Shown here: positions 45,845 through 55,718 of the stretch, piece after piece | Numbering within the stretch: the first letter of the stretch is position 1 | Layout of the letters: each line of letters starts with the position of its first letter | IMG/VR virus record: IMGVR_UViG_3300031993_000015 | From: a virus | Lineage: Duplodnaviria > Caudoviricetes | Length of the DNA: 64,000 nt | Strand: one strand, 5' to 3' | Made by a program: the position numbers and the translations under genes | The notes under the pieces: model-generated | The model's input: the letters and a program-made list of their open reading frames with translations, nothing else | The model's database searches: none | What the model was told of the DNA's origin: nothing

Positions 45845-47704
45845 TCAGTATGGCATGTTACCTTCTACGATACAGGAACGCATGTTCACGGCTTCCGAGA
45901 AGCGCTCCCAGTCGCTTCTGGGCCCGAACTGCTCATCGGGCAGGATCCGGTCATGGTTCTCGTCGTAGTCAAGGATGGATGCGTCATATCTGGAACCAAT
46001 GGCCGGGTATGCGCCGAAATGGTCCCATATCTGGGAGCAGCCGAAGTTCACGGCATGCGCAAAGTCGTCAGGCACCCCTGGTTTCTTGATGATGAGGATC
46101 ACGGTCTCGTTGCCCAGCGAGACACGCGGGTCCTCTCTGAGAGCCAGGAAATCGCGCTGGTAGGCCTTGTCGTCCTCTGGCGAGAATGGCCGGAAGCGCA
46201 AGCGGTTCGCCTTGATGGACTGAATGCAAATCGCGAGCGAGCGGCTCTTGTCCAGATTGAAGTAGTACATGTCAGGCTCACGGTTGGCGTCGTGCTGCTG
46301 CATGACGTCACCGGCGTGTGGACGTACGTAGTCGATAGGTGTGATCCAGTGAAGGTTCTCAAGGTTGTGCAAACCCTGGTGCTTCATGATCTCAAGTCTG
46401 GTGAAACCGGCTCCGTGGTTGTCGTATGCGAATGCGTCAGCCCTGGTGCCCTTGAGCCAGTACAGGATCTCATCGGCTTCTTCAGTCGGGGACATGCCCT
46501 TTGGGATGCGCTTTCCGTAGAGCACATCCACGACACCGGCGTCCCTGCGCAAACCGAGCACGGCATACGCTGTGAAAGAATCTGACAGCATGCCGCCGCC
46601 TGACCAGTCAACACCGATGGTGATGTAGGCATACTGCCAACGTACCCGCAGAACATCGTCGGGTGTCTTGACATCGACTTCCTGGCCATGTTCATCTTTC
46701 GGGGTGAATGTGGCTTTCTGCATGTCTGTCATAGTGAGCGGGCTGACTGCTGCATCGTAGGGCCATCCGAAGACTTCATTGTAGAGGGTCTGTTCCGGAT
46801 AGTGCTCTACCTTCGCAAGCAGTTGGTTCCACTTGTGCTGGTTGATGAGATGCAGAGGATGGATTGTCTGGGAGATGTGGTATCCGGGGAACGTGAGCAT
46901 GCGCTCAGGCACGGAATGGACATACCCGCCGTTTGCTGGCGAAATGTCTTTGCCGCACTTGGCACAGATCGCTCCATGTTTCCCAATCATCTTGACCAGG
47001 TCGTTTTCAGGGTTTGGAACATTGTAGTTGTTGCAGTGAGTGCACTTTATGATCCATTCAGCCTGGCTCGACCTTTCCCAGAGCAAGCCCAGAGTCGTGT
47101 CTGTCGTTTTCGGGGTTCCGGTGTAGATGCTGAAGCCCCAGAAAAGCGATGCCGACATGACTTCTGCAGCGATGTCAAGATATTCATACTCAACGTCTTG
47201 CACCTCATCAACATGTACTGATGCAGCGCCGGAAATACCACGTATGCGGTCCGCGCTGTCGAACATGTGTTCTGCGTAGCACATGCTTCCGTTGCGGAAC
47301 TCACGCAGTGCCAGTTTGGTGCGCTCGCCGCTGTCAATGAACTCGCCGATGATCGGACAGGAGTTCAGCAGCGGCTTATAGACCGTACTGATGAGGCGCT
47401 GTATCTGGTCCGCACGGGGCTGTACCAGAACCGTATGATAGAAGGGAATCAGCATGTTCCGCAGTTCCATGCTGGAGCAACCCGAATAGGACTTGCCCAG
47501 CTGACGAGCGAGCATGTATAAACTGTGCGACGGCTGCACAGTTGCATACATCGGCGAAAGCTGATAATGGAGCCGCAGATTCATAGGCTGACCATTCAGC
47601 CTGAAAAGACAAAGGTACGGGATGAGTGTCTTCAGCTCTCCTGACCTGATCAGATCGTAGCCTTTCGCAAATGCGGATCGCAACTTAGGTGTCATTTTCG
47701 ACAT
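45845..47704 (-). CDS. terL: Terminase large subunit (GpA-like)
   Basis: Walker A ARQLGKS, Walker B VHVDEVQD, GTPKT, CTHC/CAKC Zn ribbon, nuclease IGVDW and PDDFAHA. Confidence 0.9.
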   Translation of the reverse strand: MSKMTPKLRSAFAKGYDLIRSGELKTLIPYLCLFRLNGQPMNLRLHYQLSPMYATVQPSHSLYMLARQLGKSYSGCSSMELRNMLIPFYHTVLVQPRADQIQRLISTVYKPLLNSCPIIGEFIDSGERTKLALREFRNGSMCYAEHMFDSADRIRGISGAASVHVDEVQDVEYEYLDIAAEVMSASLFWGFSIYTGTPKTTDTTLGLLWERSSQAEWIIKCTHCNNYNVPNPENDLVKMIGKHGAICAKCGKDISPANGGYVHSVPERMLTFPGYHISQTIHPLHLINQHKWNQLLAKVEHYPEQTLYNEVFGWPYDAAVSPLTMTDMQKATFTPKDEHGQEVDVKTPDDVLRVRWQYAYITIGVDWSGGGMLSDSFTAYAVLGLRRDAGVVDVLYGKRIPKGMSPTEEADEILYWLKGTRADAFAYDNHGAGFTRLEIMKHQGLHNLENLHWITPIDYVRPHAGDVMQQHDANREPDMYYFNLDKSRSLAICIQSIKANRLRFRPFSPEDDKAYQRDFLALREDPRVSLGNETVILIIKKPGVPDDFAHAVNFGCSQIWDHFGAYPAIGSRYDASILDYDENHDRILPDEQFGPRSDWERFSEAVNMRSCIVEGNMPY

Positions 47705-47746
47705 GTAGTGTGCCTCTACAATAAAAGATTCGTGCTGTACGTTCCT

Positions 47747-47755
47747 CTTACTGTA
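47747..47755 (-). promoter_or_regulatory. TACAGTAAG promoter-motif variant upstream of terL
   Basis: Reverse complement of cttactgta, 42 nt upstream of the terL start. Confidence 0.45.
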
Positions 47756-47773
47756 ATGACAAGGAGGTGCGTT

Positions 47774-47929
47774 ATGCTCGTACAGGCTCAGAAATATTTA
47801 CGGAACAAAGGACTGATACCGGCTGACAGATACCTGAAGAAAGATTCTTTCGGAACATCCAGAACACAGGAGCGTAGGAGGCCCTCAAGACTGGATGTCG
47901 TGCCAGCGCAGAAACCTAATCCCAAATAA
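47774..47929 (+). CDS. Small basic protein
   Basis: RBS AAGGAGGT before ATG 47774. Confidence 0.55.
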   Translation: MLVQAQKYLRNKGLIPADRYLKKDSFGTSRTQERRRPSRLDVVPAQKPNPK

Positions 47930-47935
47930 CCAGAC

Positions 47936-48334
47936 ATGTCCCAAAAGACAATCAACTCAATCAAATTCGTTCTCGTCATCAAGTTCATCATCGTGGCCGC
48001 AGCCATCATCTTTCTGCCTATCGGCGATTTCCTGATGTGCAGTTGCTTTGTTCTGCCGCCCAGCTATCTGACCACTCGTGAGATACGTCCGGGCTTCAAC
48101 AGGTTCACCGCACTGTTCGTGTGTAACGGCGTCGTTGGTGCCTGTATGGCGGCTGCGTTGGCACTGGGCATTGAAATCGAAGGAGTATCTATTGGCATGA
48201 TGTTCATCACCTGTGCCATTTATACGTTTCTATTCGGAGTCCCGCTGGACATCTGTGTTGCAGAAAGAAAAGCAAGCCAGATGCCGGTCGTGCAGAAGGA
48301 CGACACGGTCATTGAAGCAGAAGTGATCGAGTAA
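47936..48334 (+). CDS. Multi-pass membrane protein
   Basis: 3-4 hydrophobic segments. Confidence 0.6.
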   Translation: MSQKTINSIKFVLVIKFIIVAAAIIFLPIGDFLMCSCFVLPPSYLTTREIRPGFNRFTALFVCNGVVGACMAAALALGIEIEGVSIGMMFITCAIYTFLFGVPLDICVAERKASQMPVVQKDDTVIEAEVIE

Positions 48335-48357
48335 CCCATTTGATCAACACTTAACCC

Positions 48358-48391
48358 AGGGCTGGGCGGCTTCGGCTGTCCGGCCCTCTTT
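48358..48391 (+). terminator. Terminator-like UUCG hairpin
   Basis: agggctgggcggc-ttcg-gctgtccggccct followed by cttt. Confidence 0.6.
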
Positions 48392-48412
48392 GTATCTTGA
48401 AAGGAAATACAT

Positions 48413-48577
48413 ATGAGCTTTCCCGGACATTCTATCGCAGGTAAGTCTGCTTATCCTGGCGATGAAATTCACGAGCAGGTCAAAGTGATCAAGGAAGAGG
48501 TTGTAGAACTTTGCAGACTTATCGAAGGTCTCTTTGATCTCATCGACGAAAAATATGGAGGAAATGAGGATGACTGA
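48413..48577 (+). CDS. 54-aa protein (below ORF-track cutoff)
   Basis: RBS AAGGA; MSFPGHSIAG...GGNEDD. Confidence 0.55.
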   Translation: MSFPGHSIAGKSAYPGDEIHEQVKVIKEEVVELCRLIEGLFDLIDEKYGGNEDD

Positions 48578-48589
48578 AAGGAGGTCTCT

Positions 48590-49006
48590 ATGAATCTCAC
48601 ACCACCCATCACAATCGAGGAACTTACACAGTTGAGCAAGACCTGGAACAGGATCCGTGACAAGATCATGGAAATGGTCGAGCTTGGTGTGTTCGAACAT
48701 CTGGATACAGACCGTTTCGGTGTCTGTGGCGTGAACTCGTACGACGTGTCCGAGGACGGCAAGGAACTCATCGTGAACCTGTATCTGTACGAACGCGGCT
48801 ATGGCAACTACAACACGCCGTTCCGTTGTCCTGTTGAGTTGTTCTTCCTGGACACCAGCAGACTTGGCGAATATGTGCATGAACGTGAAGCAGAGAAACG
48901 GTGTCAGCGTGCAAGGGTTCGCGAAGCTGCCGAACGGGAGAGACGCCGCCAGGAGTACCTGAAACTCAAGGCTGAATTTGAACCGGAGGAAGCCAATGGG
49001 AACTGA
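48590..49006 (+). CDS. Hypothetical, FEPE-family paralog 1
   Basis: C-terminal QEYLKLKAEFEPE. Confidence 0.7.
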   Translation: MNLTPPITIEELTQLSKTWNRIRDKIMEMVELGVFEHLDTDRFGVCGVNSYDVSEDGKELIVNLYLYERGYGNYNTPFRCPVELFFLDTSRLGEYVHEREAEKRCQRARVREAAERERRRQEYLKLKAEFEPEEANGN

Positions 49007-49403
49007 ACCAAAAGAAGTCGGCGGCTGCACCAGTATCGACGATCTGTTCAAACTCGATCATGACTGGAATGCCGTGGTGGACGCCATCTACAGATTGTGG
49101 CAGGACACCGGCATTTTCGATGAGTACGGCAAGGTCATAACGGACTGGCGCATGCTCGATAACCAGGGCGATGATACGCTTATCATTGTGCGCTATTATG
49201 TGCCGAACGAAGACTGCAACGACTCGTTCGTGTTCAATGCAAAGTTCCTGTTCATGGATCCCAAGGATGTCGTGGAAGAGTGGAACAAGCAGCAGGAAAT
49301 ATACGACGCTGAAAACGAGAAGCAGGAACGTGAAATCAAGTATCGGCAATTCCTGGAACTCAAGAAGATCTTCGAACCGGAGACCGCTAATGAAACTCGT
49401 TGA
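48996..49403 (+). CDS. Hypothetical, FEPE-family paralog 2
   Basis: RQFLELKKIFEPE. Confidence 0.7.
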   Translation: MGTEPKEVGGCTSIDDLFKLDHDWNAVVDAIYRLWQDTGIFDEYGKVITDWRMLDNQGDDTLIIVRYYVPNEDCNDSFVFNAKFLFMDPKDVVEEWNKQQEIYDAENEKQEREIKYRQFLELKKIFEPETANETR

Positions 49404-49896
49404 CTACTGGATGGCTCGCTATGTGCACAACGCCGAGGACCTCGCCGAGATGCAAGGCGCGATACTTGCCATAGAGCGTAAGCTGCAGGAACTCGGAGAC
49501 AACGGCGCGTTCATGTGTGGACCTGACCCGCATGGCACCATAACGACAACCCAGGGTTCGTTCATCGCTGTGGACGAGTGGGCGCTGGATGTCGAGCACG
49601 GCACTATTGGCATCCGTTATATCTACGACATGGTCCATGACAATCATGGCGACAGACGCTGTGTATCGGAGTGCTGGATGACGTGCCCAATCGAGTGGCT
49701 GTTCATGCCAGAGGACAAGTATATGCCTCTTAAAGAGGAACGCTACAAAGAACTGCGTGCTCAGCGTAACGAAGCCGTGCTGGCTTTTGAAAAGGAGAAG
49801 CGCCGCGAACGGTATCTGCAGTTGCGCCAGGAGTACGAGGAGCTACGTGCAGAGTTCGAGCCGGAGGAGAAACACAATGATAACTCCGAAGGTTGA
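49390..49896 (+). CDS. Hypothetical, FEPE-family paralog 3
   Basis: QEYEELRAEFEPE. Confidence 0.7.
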   Translation: MKLVDYWMARYVHNAEDLAEMQGAILAIERKLQELGDNGAFMCGPDPHGTITTTQGSFIAVDEWALDVEHGTIGIRYIYDMVHDNHGDRRCVSECWMTCPIEWLFMPEDKYMPLKEERYKELRAQRNEAVLAFEKEKRRERYLQLRQEYEELRAEFEPEEKHNDNSEG

Positions 49897-50362
49897 CGGC
49901 GTCTACTGGACCATGCTGATGGTTACATGCGGCTATCCTGTCCCGCGTATGGCTATGGATATAGTTGCGGTTCGCGTACACAGTGTTAGCATTATGGAGG
50001 CGGAACATGAGGACTGTCACACAGTCTGCGAGGTGTCGCCCTATGTGCTCGGAGACGGGGCTAAAAAGAAGCCTATGGTCAAGGCCTGCCCATCACCGCG
50101 TGAGCAGACAATAATAGATGGCAAGAAACTGCCATTCATTGGCGGATTGTTACCTGTTGAAGCCGAGACAAGGTATTCGGAAAGCACAGTTCCATACAAG
50201 CGTTTCACATTGCGTGCCGATTTCCTGTACGAGACGCCGGATCAGGCCGTTGCAGCGCTTTGCGACAGACTTGCAGACAGACTGAGCTACATGCGCAGCA
50301 ATCTGATTCACAACAGATACACAAACATGGAACCAGACCAGGTTGTAACAACCTACTTTTGA
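49877..50362 (+). CDS. Hypothetical protein
   Basis: RBS GGAGGAG; overlapping operon packing. Confidence 0.6.
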   Translation: MITPKVDGVYWTMLMVTCGYPVPRMAMDIVAVRVHSVSIMEAEHEDCHTVCEVSPYVLGDGAKKKPMVKACPSPREQTIIDGKKLPFIGGLLPVEAETRYSESTVPYKRFTLRADFLYETPDQAVAALCDRLADRLSYMRSNLIHNRYTNMEPDQVVTTYF

Positions 50363-50376
50363 AAGGAGAAAAAAAA

Positions 50377-50721
50377 ATGGCTGAAGAGAAACCCAAAACC
50401 GAAAAAATCAACAAGTGCGATACCTGCGAACCTGCCATGATCCTGGCTGAAGCAATCGCTGTCCTGGATGTGATTGTGGACAACGACCCCGAAACCATCA
50501 TCAGAGAAGGCAACGCAGAGGACTTCTTCGGAGCCGTCATGCAGACGCTCTGGGAACTGCGCGACATGATGTACTATAAGCAGCCGACAGGCAAAACGGA
50601 TCTGCCCAAGTACATCAAGGTCTTCGAACAATACAACTCAAACAGGCTGGAACGGCACAACATCATATCCGAAATGAACGTTCTGGCATTCGCACACAGC
50701 AGGAGACACGACGATGAGTAA
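50377..50721 (+). CDS. Hypothetical protein
   Basis: RBS AAGGAG. Confidence 0.6.
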   Translation: MAEEKPKTEKINKCDTCEPAMILAEAIAVLDVIVDNDPETIIREGNAEDFFGAVMQTLWELRDMMYYKQPTGKTDLPKYIKVFEQYNSNRLERHNIISEMNVLAFAHSRRHDDE

Positions 50722-51145
50722 GAACAAATTCGAACCTGTCTGCACAGAGATCAAGATGGATTTCGACGACCTGACTGCGGACATCTGGCAGGAGCCGTAT
50801 TCCAAGATCATCGAGGGTGCCTACATGATGCCACATACCAAGAAGGGAATCCTGGTCAGGCTTTCCAAGATGTACGAGTACGTGGACAAGTATCTGCAGG
50901 ACCATGAGGACGAGGACCCTGCGGAAGACTTTGAAGAGCGCGACGGCGAAGAAGCCTACCACGCCCTGATCTACATGAAGCGCTACGCCGAGTGGGACAC
51001 CGACCCGTACAACTACATCCGCATCCAGATTCTTGCAGATCTGTTCGAGGACATCGTCGAGTGCTGTTCGCTGACATCCATCTGCACAGTCTGCAGAGAT
51101 CTGATGGAGCGTGTACAGGCACTTCCGGATGGAGCACAGATATGA
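50714..51145 (+). CDS. Hypothetical acidic helical protein
   Basis: RBS AGGAG; resembles next gene. Confidence 0.6.
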   Translation: MSKNKFEPVCTEIKMDFDDLTADIWQEPYSKIIEGAYMMPHTKKGILVRLSKMYEYVDKYLQDHEDEDPAEDFEERDGEEAYHALIYMKRYAEWDTDPYNYIRIQILADLFEDIVECCSLTSICTVCRDLMERVQALPDGAQI

Positions 51146-51612
51146 GCGGCGTGTCACAACTCAAATTCACCATCAGGCATCGCATTCTGATGCCGGAAGT
51201 GCTTCGGTTCATCAAATTCCAGCCCTGGGCTGAAATGGCTGAGTACATCTTCAAGCTGCACAACGACTTCAGCATCATCAAGGACTACAGACAACTCATC
51301 AAGGACTGCGAGTGGCTCATTGAGGCCGCACGTAAGGCTGACAAGCACCTTGAATGTAGTGCTGATGGGCTGGAGGACGAGTATACGCTGAAAGAGTACG
51401 CCTGCTGGCTGCGCGAGGCTCTGGAGTGCGACGACAACGGCATGTCAGACTACGATGCGATTCGTGCAGTCCTGCTGATGGAGTTGCTTATGTCCATTTG
51501 CAACGACGTTGACCTGAGCAGTGACTTCAAGAATTGCTGCGAAGAACTTATCCAGGAGTACCAGGAGAAAATCAGAGAGGAGGAATCAAATGGAACTTCC
51601 GGAAAAGATTGA
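51142..51612 (+). CDS. Hypothetical acidic helical protein
   Basis: ATGA overlap. Confidence 0.6.
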   Translation: MSGVSQLKFTIRHRILMPEVLRFIKFQPWAEMAEYIFKLHNDFSIIKDYRQLIKDCEWLIEAARKADKHLECSADGLEDEYTLKEYACWLREALECDDNGMSDYDAIRAVLLMELLMSICNDVDLSSDFKNCCEELIQEYQEKIREEESNGTSGKD

Positions 51613-52045
51613 AGATCTGGAACAGCTGTCTGCATTTGAGTCTCTGACCAGAACGGTGGAGGACCAAATTGCGGACGCACTGTCCAATTCCATCGAGGAC
51701 GACATAATCCTCGCCATCAACGGTTGGCATATGTACCCGGTGTACAGACGTGAACTGCGTACAGACAAAGCTACGCCGGCCGAAATGTTCCGCACAGAAC
51801 TGCGTGGTAACGAGCAGCATCGGCTTATCAAACCGCTCTGGGAAACACCTGAGAACGACGAACCCAGCCAGTTCTGGATCAGTGTGCATTACATTGTGCT
51901 CACTTTTCCGGACGACAGCAAGGACACCCGTGTCTCCAGGATCCCGGCCAGATACCTGTTCATGCCCGGTGCTGAGATCACCAAGGCATGGAACAAGCAC
52001 ATCAAACGTTACGGAGAGAACACCAATGAAAACCGGAACACTTGA
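51590..52045 (+). CDS. Hypothetical protein (distant FEPE-family relative?)
   Basis: RIPARYLFMP resembles CPIEWLFMP. Confidence 0.6.
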   Translation: MELPEKIEDLEQLSAFESLTRTVEDQIADALSNSIEDDIILAINGWHMYPVYRRELRTDKATPAEMFRTELRGNEQHRLIKPLWETPENDEPSQFWISVHYIVLTFPDDSKDTRVSRIPARYLFMPGAEITKAWNKHIKRYGENTNENRNT

Positions 52046-52667
52046 AATCACTCTGCACTACACCTGCACGGAACAGCAGCGCAATAACGCGCTTCGTGAA
52101 TTGGAACCGCGCAAGTCTGCGTATGGTGACTATTTCGTGCCTGTCACGAGGCTTCAGGTCAGCGTCGAGAAATTCCTTCAGGCTTACTACAAAGACACGC
52201 CGACTCTGTGGATGTCTGTCGAGACGTCCAAAGAAGGCAATTACGGTGTCTATGCAAGTGCCCACGTCTGTTTCCAGGAAGAACAGATGTTCGGCGACCT
52301 CGCATTGCAGAAGCTGCTCAAGGCTCTGAAAGCTACGTGGAAGCTGCTGACGTGTGTCTACATCGACACGTATCCTGCGCAACTGCCGAAAGACTCGGAA
52401 GAGGCTGACTACAATGCTTACGCCATCAACTCTATCGCGAGTTGGCACAGGGACACTGATCGTGTCCGCCGGTCGATCATGCCGGAGCCTTTCGTGGATG
52501 CGATTATGGCGGCCGATTCCGACTGGGATTTCCGTGGAGGTGACGAAACGTCTGTTGTACAGAACATGTGCATCCACATCCTGGACAGCATGTGGAAGGA
52601 TCAGACACTCGCCAGGTTCTACACGTCTGTGTTCCAGCTGGGAGACAGCAATGGCGAAGATGACTGA
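52026..52667 (+). CDS. Hypothetical protein
   Basis: RBS GGAG, operon packing. Confidence 0.6.
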   Translation: MKTGTLEITLHYTCTEQQRNNALRELEPRKSAYGDYFVPVTRLQVSVEKFLQAYYKDTPTLWMSVETSKEGNYGVYASAHVCFQEEQMFGDLALQKLLKALKATWKLLTCVYIDTYPAQLPKDSEEADYNAYAINSIASWHRDTDRVRRSIMPEPFVDAIMAADSDWDFRGGDETSVVQNMCIHILDSMWKDQTLARFYTSVFQLGDSNGEDD

Positions 52668-52923
52668 GAACGTCCAGAAGATCCTGCAACTGCGCGAGTT
52701 CCGGAAGCATATCAGGTACATCGCTGAAGACGACTGCATCAGTGCCTCCTGGGTCGTTCAGTTCTTCAAGAAAGACCCGTTCAATAAGGTCAACGACCGC
52801 GTAGCGCAGGAACAGTACAGACTCCTGGACATCCTGACGGATGAGGAGTTCGAGCAGCTGTATCATGCGCTTTACATGCAAAACAATAACCTCGTGGAAA
52901 GGAATCCCGAAAATGATGATTGA
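52651..52923 (+). CDS. Hypothetical protein
   Basis: RBS GGAG. Confidence 0.55.
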   Translation: MAKMTENVQKILQLREFRKHIRYIAEDDCISASWVVQFFKKDPFNKVNDRVAQEQYRLLDILTDEEFEQLYHALYMQNNNLVERNPENDD

Positions 52924-53239
52924 ACAAGTCGAAAAAGCCATCAACAAAAACCTCAACGTGTCCTACGCTGTCCGCAACGTGATGAAGATTGCAGGACTGC
53001 CTGATGATGCTGTCAAACAGCTTCGCATGGTTCTGTCTGATCTCAAGGACATACACATGCTGCTGTGCAGCTACATGTTCACGATCCATGTGTCTGACCT
53101 GTCGCCGTGGGATCTCCGCAATCTTCCTGGAATCAAAGAGGCCAACGACGTCTCCGACAACAAGGAACTGTACGACGGCTGCGGCGGAAACATCATCCGG
53201 TTCAAGCAGGAGACCAACGACGATGACACAGGAAAGTGA
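52913..53239 (+). CDS. Hypothetical protein
   Basis: RBS AAGGA. Confidence 0.55.
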   Translation: MMIEQVEKAINKNLNVSYAVRNVMKIAGLPDDAVKQLRMVLSDLKDIHMLLCSYMFTIHVSDLSPWDLRNLPGIKEANDVSDNKELYDGCGGNIIRFKQETNDDDTGK

Positions 53240-53606
53240 TCGTTATAAAGGCTTCAAGGTCGGTGCTCATGTATGGCTCTGTGACTGCGAGTGGGACGAA
53301 CCGCTGCCCGTGGTCATAGAGTCAGTCGAGCTGCGTACTACAGACGAAGGTGTTGTGGTCGCAGACAGCTACAAGATGCTCGACGAGAACGGCGATAAGT
53401 TCCCAAGCCCGTACGATGCCTACAATGTCCGTGAGACCAAGCGCGAGGCGCTCATTCTCATGATGAAGATGCAGCAGGAGACCATCCACGAGATTGAAAC
53501 CCAGCTGCAGAACGCGACTGACCGGCTCTGGAAACTCAACGCGATATACGATGAGTGCATCGACGAGGAGGTCAACAAGATGCTCGACAACGGTGAGCTG
53601 AAATGA
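53223..53606 (+). CDS. Hypothetical protein (SH3-like N-terminus, coiled coil)
   Basis: FKVGAHVW motif. Confidence 0.55.
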   Translation: MTQESDRYKGFKVGAHVWLCDCEWDEPLPVVIESVELRTTDEGVVVADSYKMLDENGDKFPSPYDAYNVRETKREALILMMKMQQETIHEIETQLQNATDRLWKLNAIYDECIDEEVNKMLDNGELK

Positions 53607-54136
53607 AATTATTTCAGAAATTCCCCAAACCGTTCAGATGGCATCTGGACATGTGGATCCAGGCTGGCGTGAAACTTTCAAAAGACGTTGACGAGTCTGA
53701 CGAAGCAAACATCCTGATGCGCAGATGTCAGGGTGACGAGATCGTGCTCGAACGTGCCTTTGAGGACAAGTTTGTTGAACTTGAAATATGGTTCAACATG
53801 CTTGCAAACGAACGTCGTCTGTTCAATCTGTTCGCTCTGTGCTATGGCAGGTATCTTCCCAAGAAATGGGAAGCCAAACTGTCAGCAGAGCATCAGGATG
53901 AGAAGACTTGGGTCATGCCTTACGCCATCTATTCCAGCTACACGGGAGACTGCGCTTCTGTTGACCGTGCGTTCCTAACATCGGACGAGCTGAAATGGCT
54001 CATGATGAACATTGCCGAAGGCGGCTGGTGGGCGGCAGGTGCGGCTGTGCTTGGATGCAAGAAAAATTACTTGCTTGATACACGCACGGATGTACTGTCC
54101 TTCACTGGCCGTGTGGTACGAACTTATGTGGACTGA
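53603..54136 (+). CDS. Hypothetical protein
   Basis: ATGA overlap. Confidence 0.55.
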   Translation: MKLFQKFPKPFRWHLDMWIQAGVKLSKDVDESDEANILMRRCQGDEIVLERAFEDKFVELEIWFNMLANERRLFNLFALCYGRYLPKKWEAKLSAEHQDEKTWVMPYAIYSSYTGDCASVDRAFLTSDELKWLMMNIAEGGWWAAGAAVLGCKKNYLLDTRTDVLSFTGRVVRTYVD

Positions 54137-54147
54137 AAGGAGGCAAT

Positions 54148-54690
54148 ATGCCTGACATCAATATGCATGACTGTGACTGGGACACCATTATCACAATTCA
54201 CTTCGAAGAAGTCATCAAGGATGTCGATGACATCGCGCTTACCGCACAACTGTCGGACGCATTCCAGATCGACGTTGTGGAAGTCGGCTACCTTATGGAC
54301 TATGATTCCGGCGAAGTCAACGGATTGTATTTGCGGTCCAAGAGCAAGACCTGCCCGAAGGAAGAGAATCTGTTCCGGCTGTTCCACGAAATCGTGAACA
54401 TCGCACCGATTCAGGACCTGAACGGCAAAATCATTTTCATGGATCCCATCACGGACGAGTACGGAACCTGCGCGGCCATGTTCGTTAAGGACAGACCGGA
54501 CGCAATCCATGAATGGGCTTTCAACGAGGACGCCATCGAACATATGCAGAACATGGTTCCGGATGTGAGCCGACCGCAGGTGTCCGAGGCTATCCTGGGT
54601 CTGTACAGGGACCACATGAACCAGCCTGGTGTCACCGTGAACGAGACTTTCTACACACTCATGAGCTACAAGGAGATTGCAGATGCCTGA
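54148..54690 (+). CDS. Hypothetical protein
   Basis: RBS AAGGAGG. Confidence 0.6.
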   Translation: MPDINMHDCDWDTIITIHFEEVIKDVDDIALTAQLSDAFQIDVVEVGYLMDYDSGEVNGLYLRSKSKTCPKEENLFRLFHEIVNIAPIQDLNGKIIFMDPITDEYGTCAAMFVKDRPDAIHEWAFNEDAIEHMQNMVPDVSRPQVSEAILGLYRDHMNQPGVTVNETFYTLMSYKEIADA

Positions 54691-54982
54691 AGTAGTACCA
54701 CTGACTTCTATCTATTTGGAGCGCATTGCCGTTGCAGTTGAGAAGATTGCCGACTACCTTGAGCACAAGGACAAGAAGCAGATTCTGGGTTCTATCGACA
54801 TGATGCAGGACATCGTGAACAGAATCCGCAAGAACAACTGCGATGACTGTGACATGACGCAGACGGAACTGGAAGGCATGATGGAGTCCATGCGTGCCTA
54901 CGCCGAGAAGCACTATGGAAAATCCACAAATGAAATTGTTACGTCATTCGCAACGCCCTCGACTGCCGCTTATCACAATTAA
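54683..54982 (+). CDS. Hypothetical protein
   Basis: RBS AAGGAG. Confidence 0.55.
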   Translation: MPEVVPLTSIYLERIAVAVEKIADYLEHKDKKQILGSIDMMQDIVNRIRKNNCDDCDMTQTELEGMMESMRAYAEKHYGKSTNEIVTSFATPSTAAYHN

Positions 54983-54999
54983 CCACGAAAAGATTCGAA

Positions 55000-55530
55000 A
55001 TGAACAAGGAAACAGCTGAATACGTTTCAGAGCTGATCAGGAACACGATCAAGTACCTGCATCAGCAGGAGGTCGTGCTTCTGCAGCTCGCCTCGCAGAT
55101 CGAAGTGGACCACGGAATCGAACGTCCGGGTCAGTCACCTACAGTGTATCCATACGACGAAACAGCAGATCTCTATAAACCGGATCCTGCAAATCCTGGG
55201 AAGACGGTCATTGAGACCTTCTGTGAGAAACATGGTATCAAGCTGACCGACAGTGAGAAAACCATGTTCGTCGGTACACCGAAGGGCGAGAATCTGTTCA
55301 CCAAGATGTTCAACGAAAGCACCAACAAGGAACCTGTATACACGGCTGAGGCTGTGCAGACCGTAGGCGGTATCGCCATCGACTTACCCGCTGATCTTGA
55401 AAAGAAGCTGGATGAAGCCGAAAAGCAAGAAGCCAAGTCTAAAGACAGCGACTACCAGTACGCTTTCCCGTGGGGACGCCGCAAGAAACCCGAAACGGAT
55501 CCTGAACCGCCGAGAGGCAACTGGGAATAA
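55000..55530 (+). CDS. Hypothetical protein
   Basis: ORF with phage-like codon usage. Confidence 0.55.
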   Translation: MNKETAEYVSELIRNTIKYLHQQEVVLLQLASQIEVDHGIERPGQSPTVYPYDETADLYKPDPANPGKTVIETFCEKHGIKLTDSEKTMFVGTPKGENLFTKMFNESTNKEPVYTAEAVQTVGGIAIDLPADLEKKLDEAEKQEAKSKDSDYQYAFPWGRRKKPETDPEPPRGNWE

Positions 55531-55547
55531 TCAACCTGGAGTTGAAA

Positions 55548-55718
55548 ATGCCAGAAAAACAGAAAACCCTTACATTGCACGTAAACGGCCAAAAGACGAA
55601 GGTTGGAATACAACCCATAAATGTAGTCGTAGTCGGCGCTACCTGCGATGAGAAGGCCGTTTCCGGTGAAGGAACAGGAAATGTCGGAGAGACCAACAAT
55701 TCTGGATCAGATATCTGA
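55548..55718 (+). CDS. 56-aa protein (below ORF-track cutoff)
   Basis: RBS GGAG; MPEKQKTLTLHVNG... Confidence 0.45.
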   Translation: MPEKQKTLTLHVNGQKTKVGIQPINVVVVGATCDEKAVSGEGTGNVGETNNSGSDI

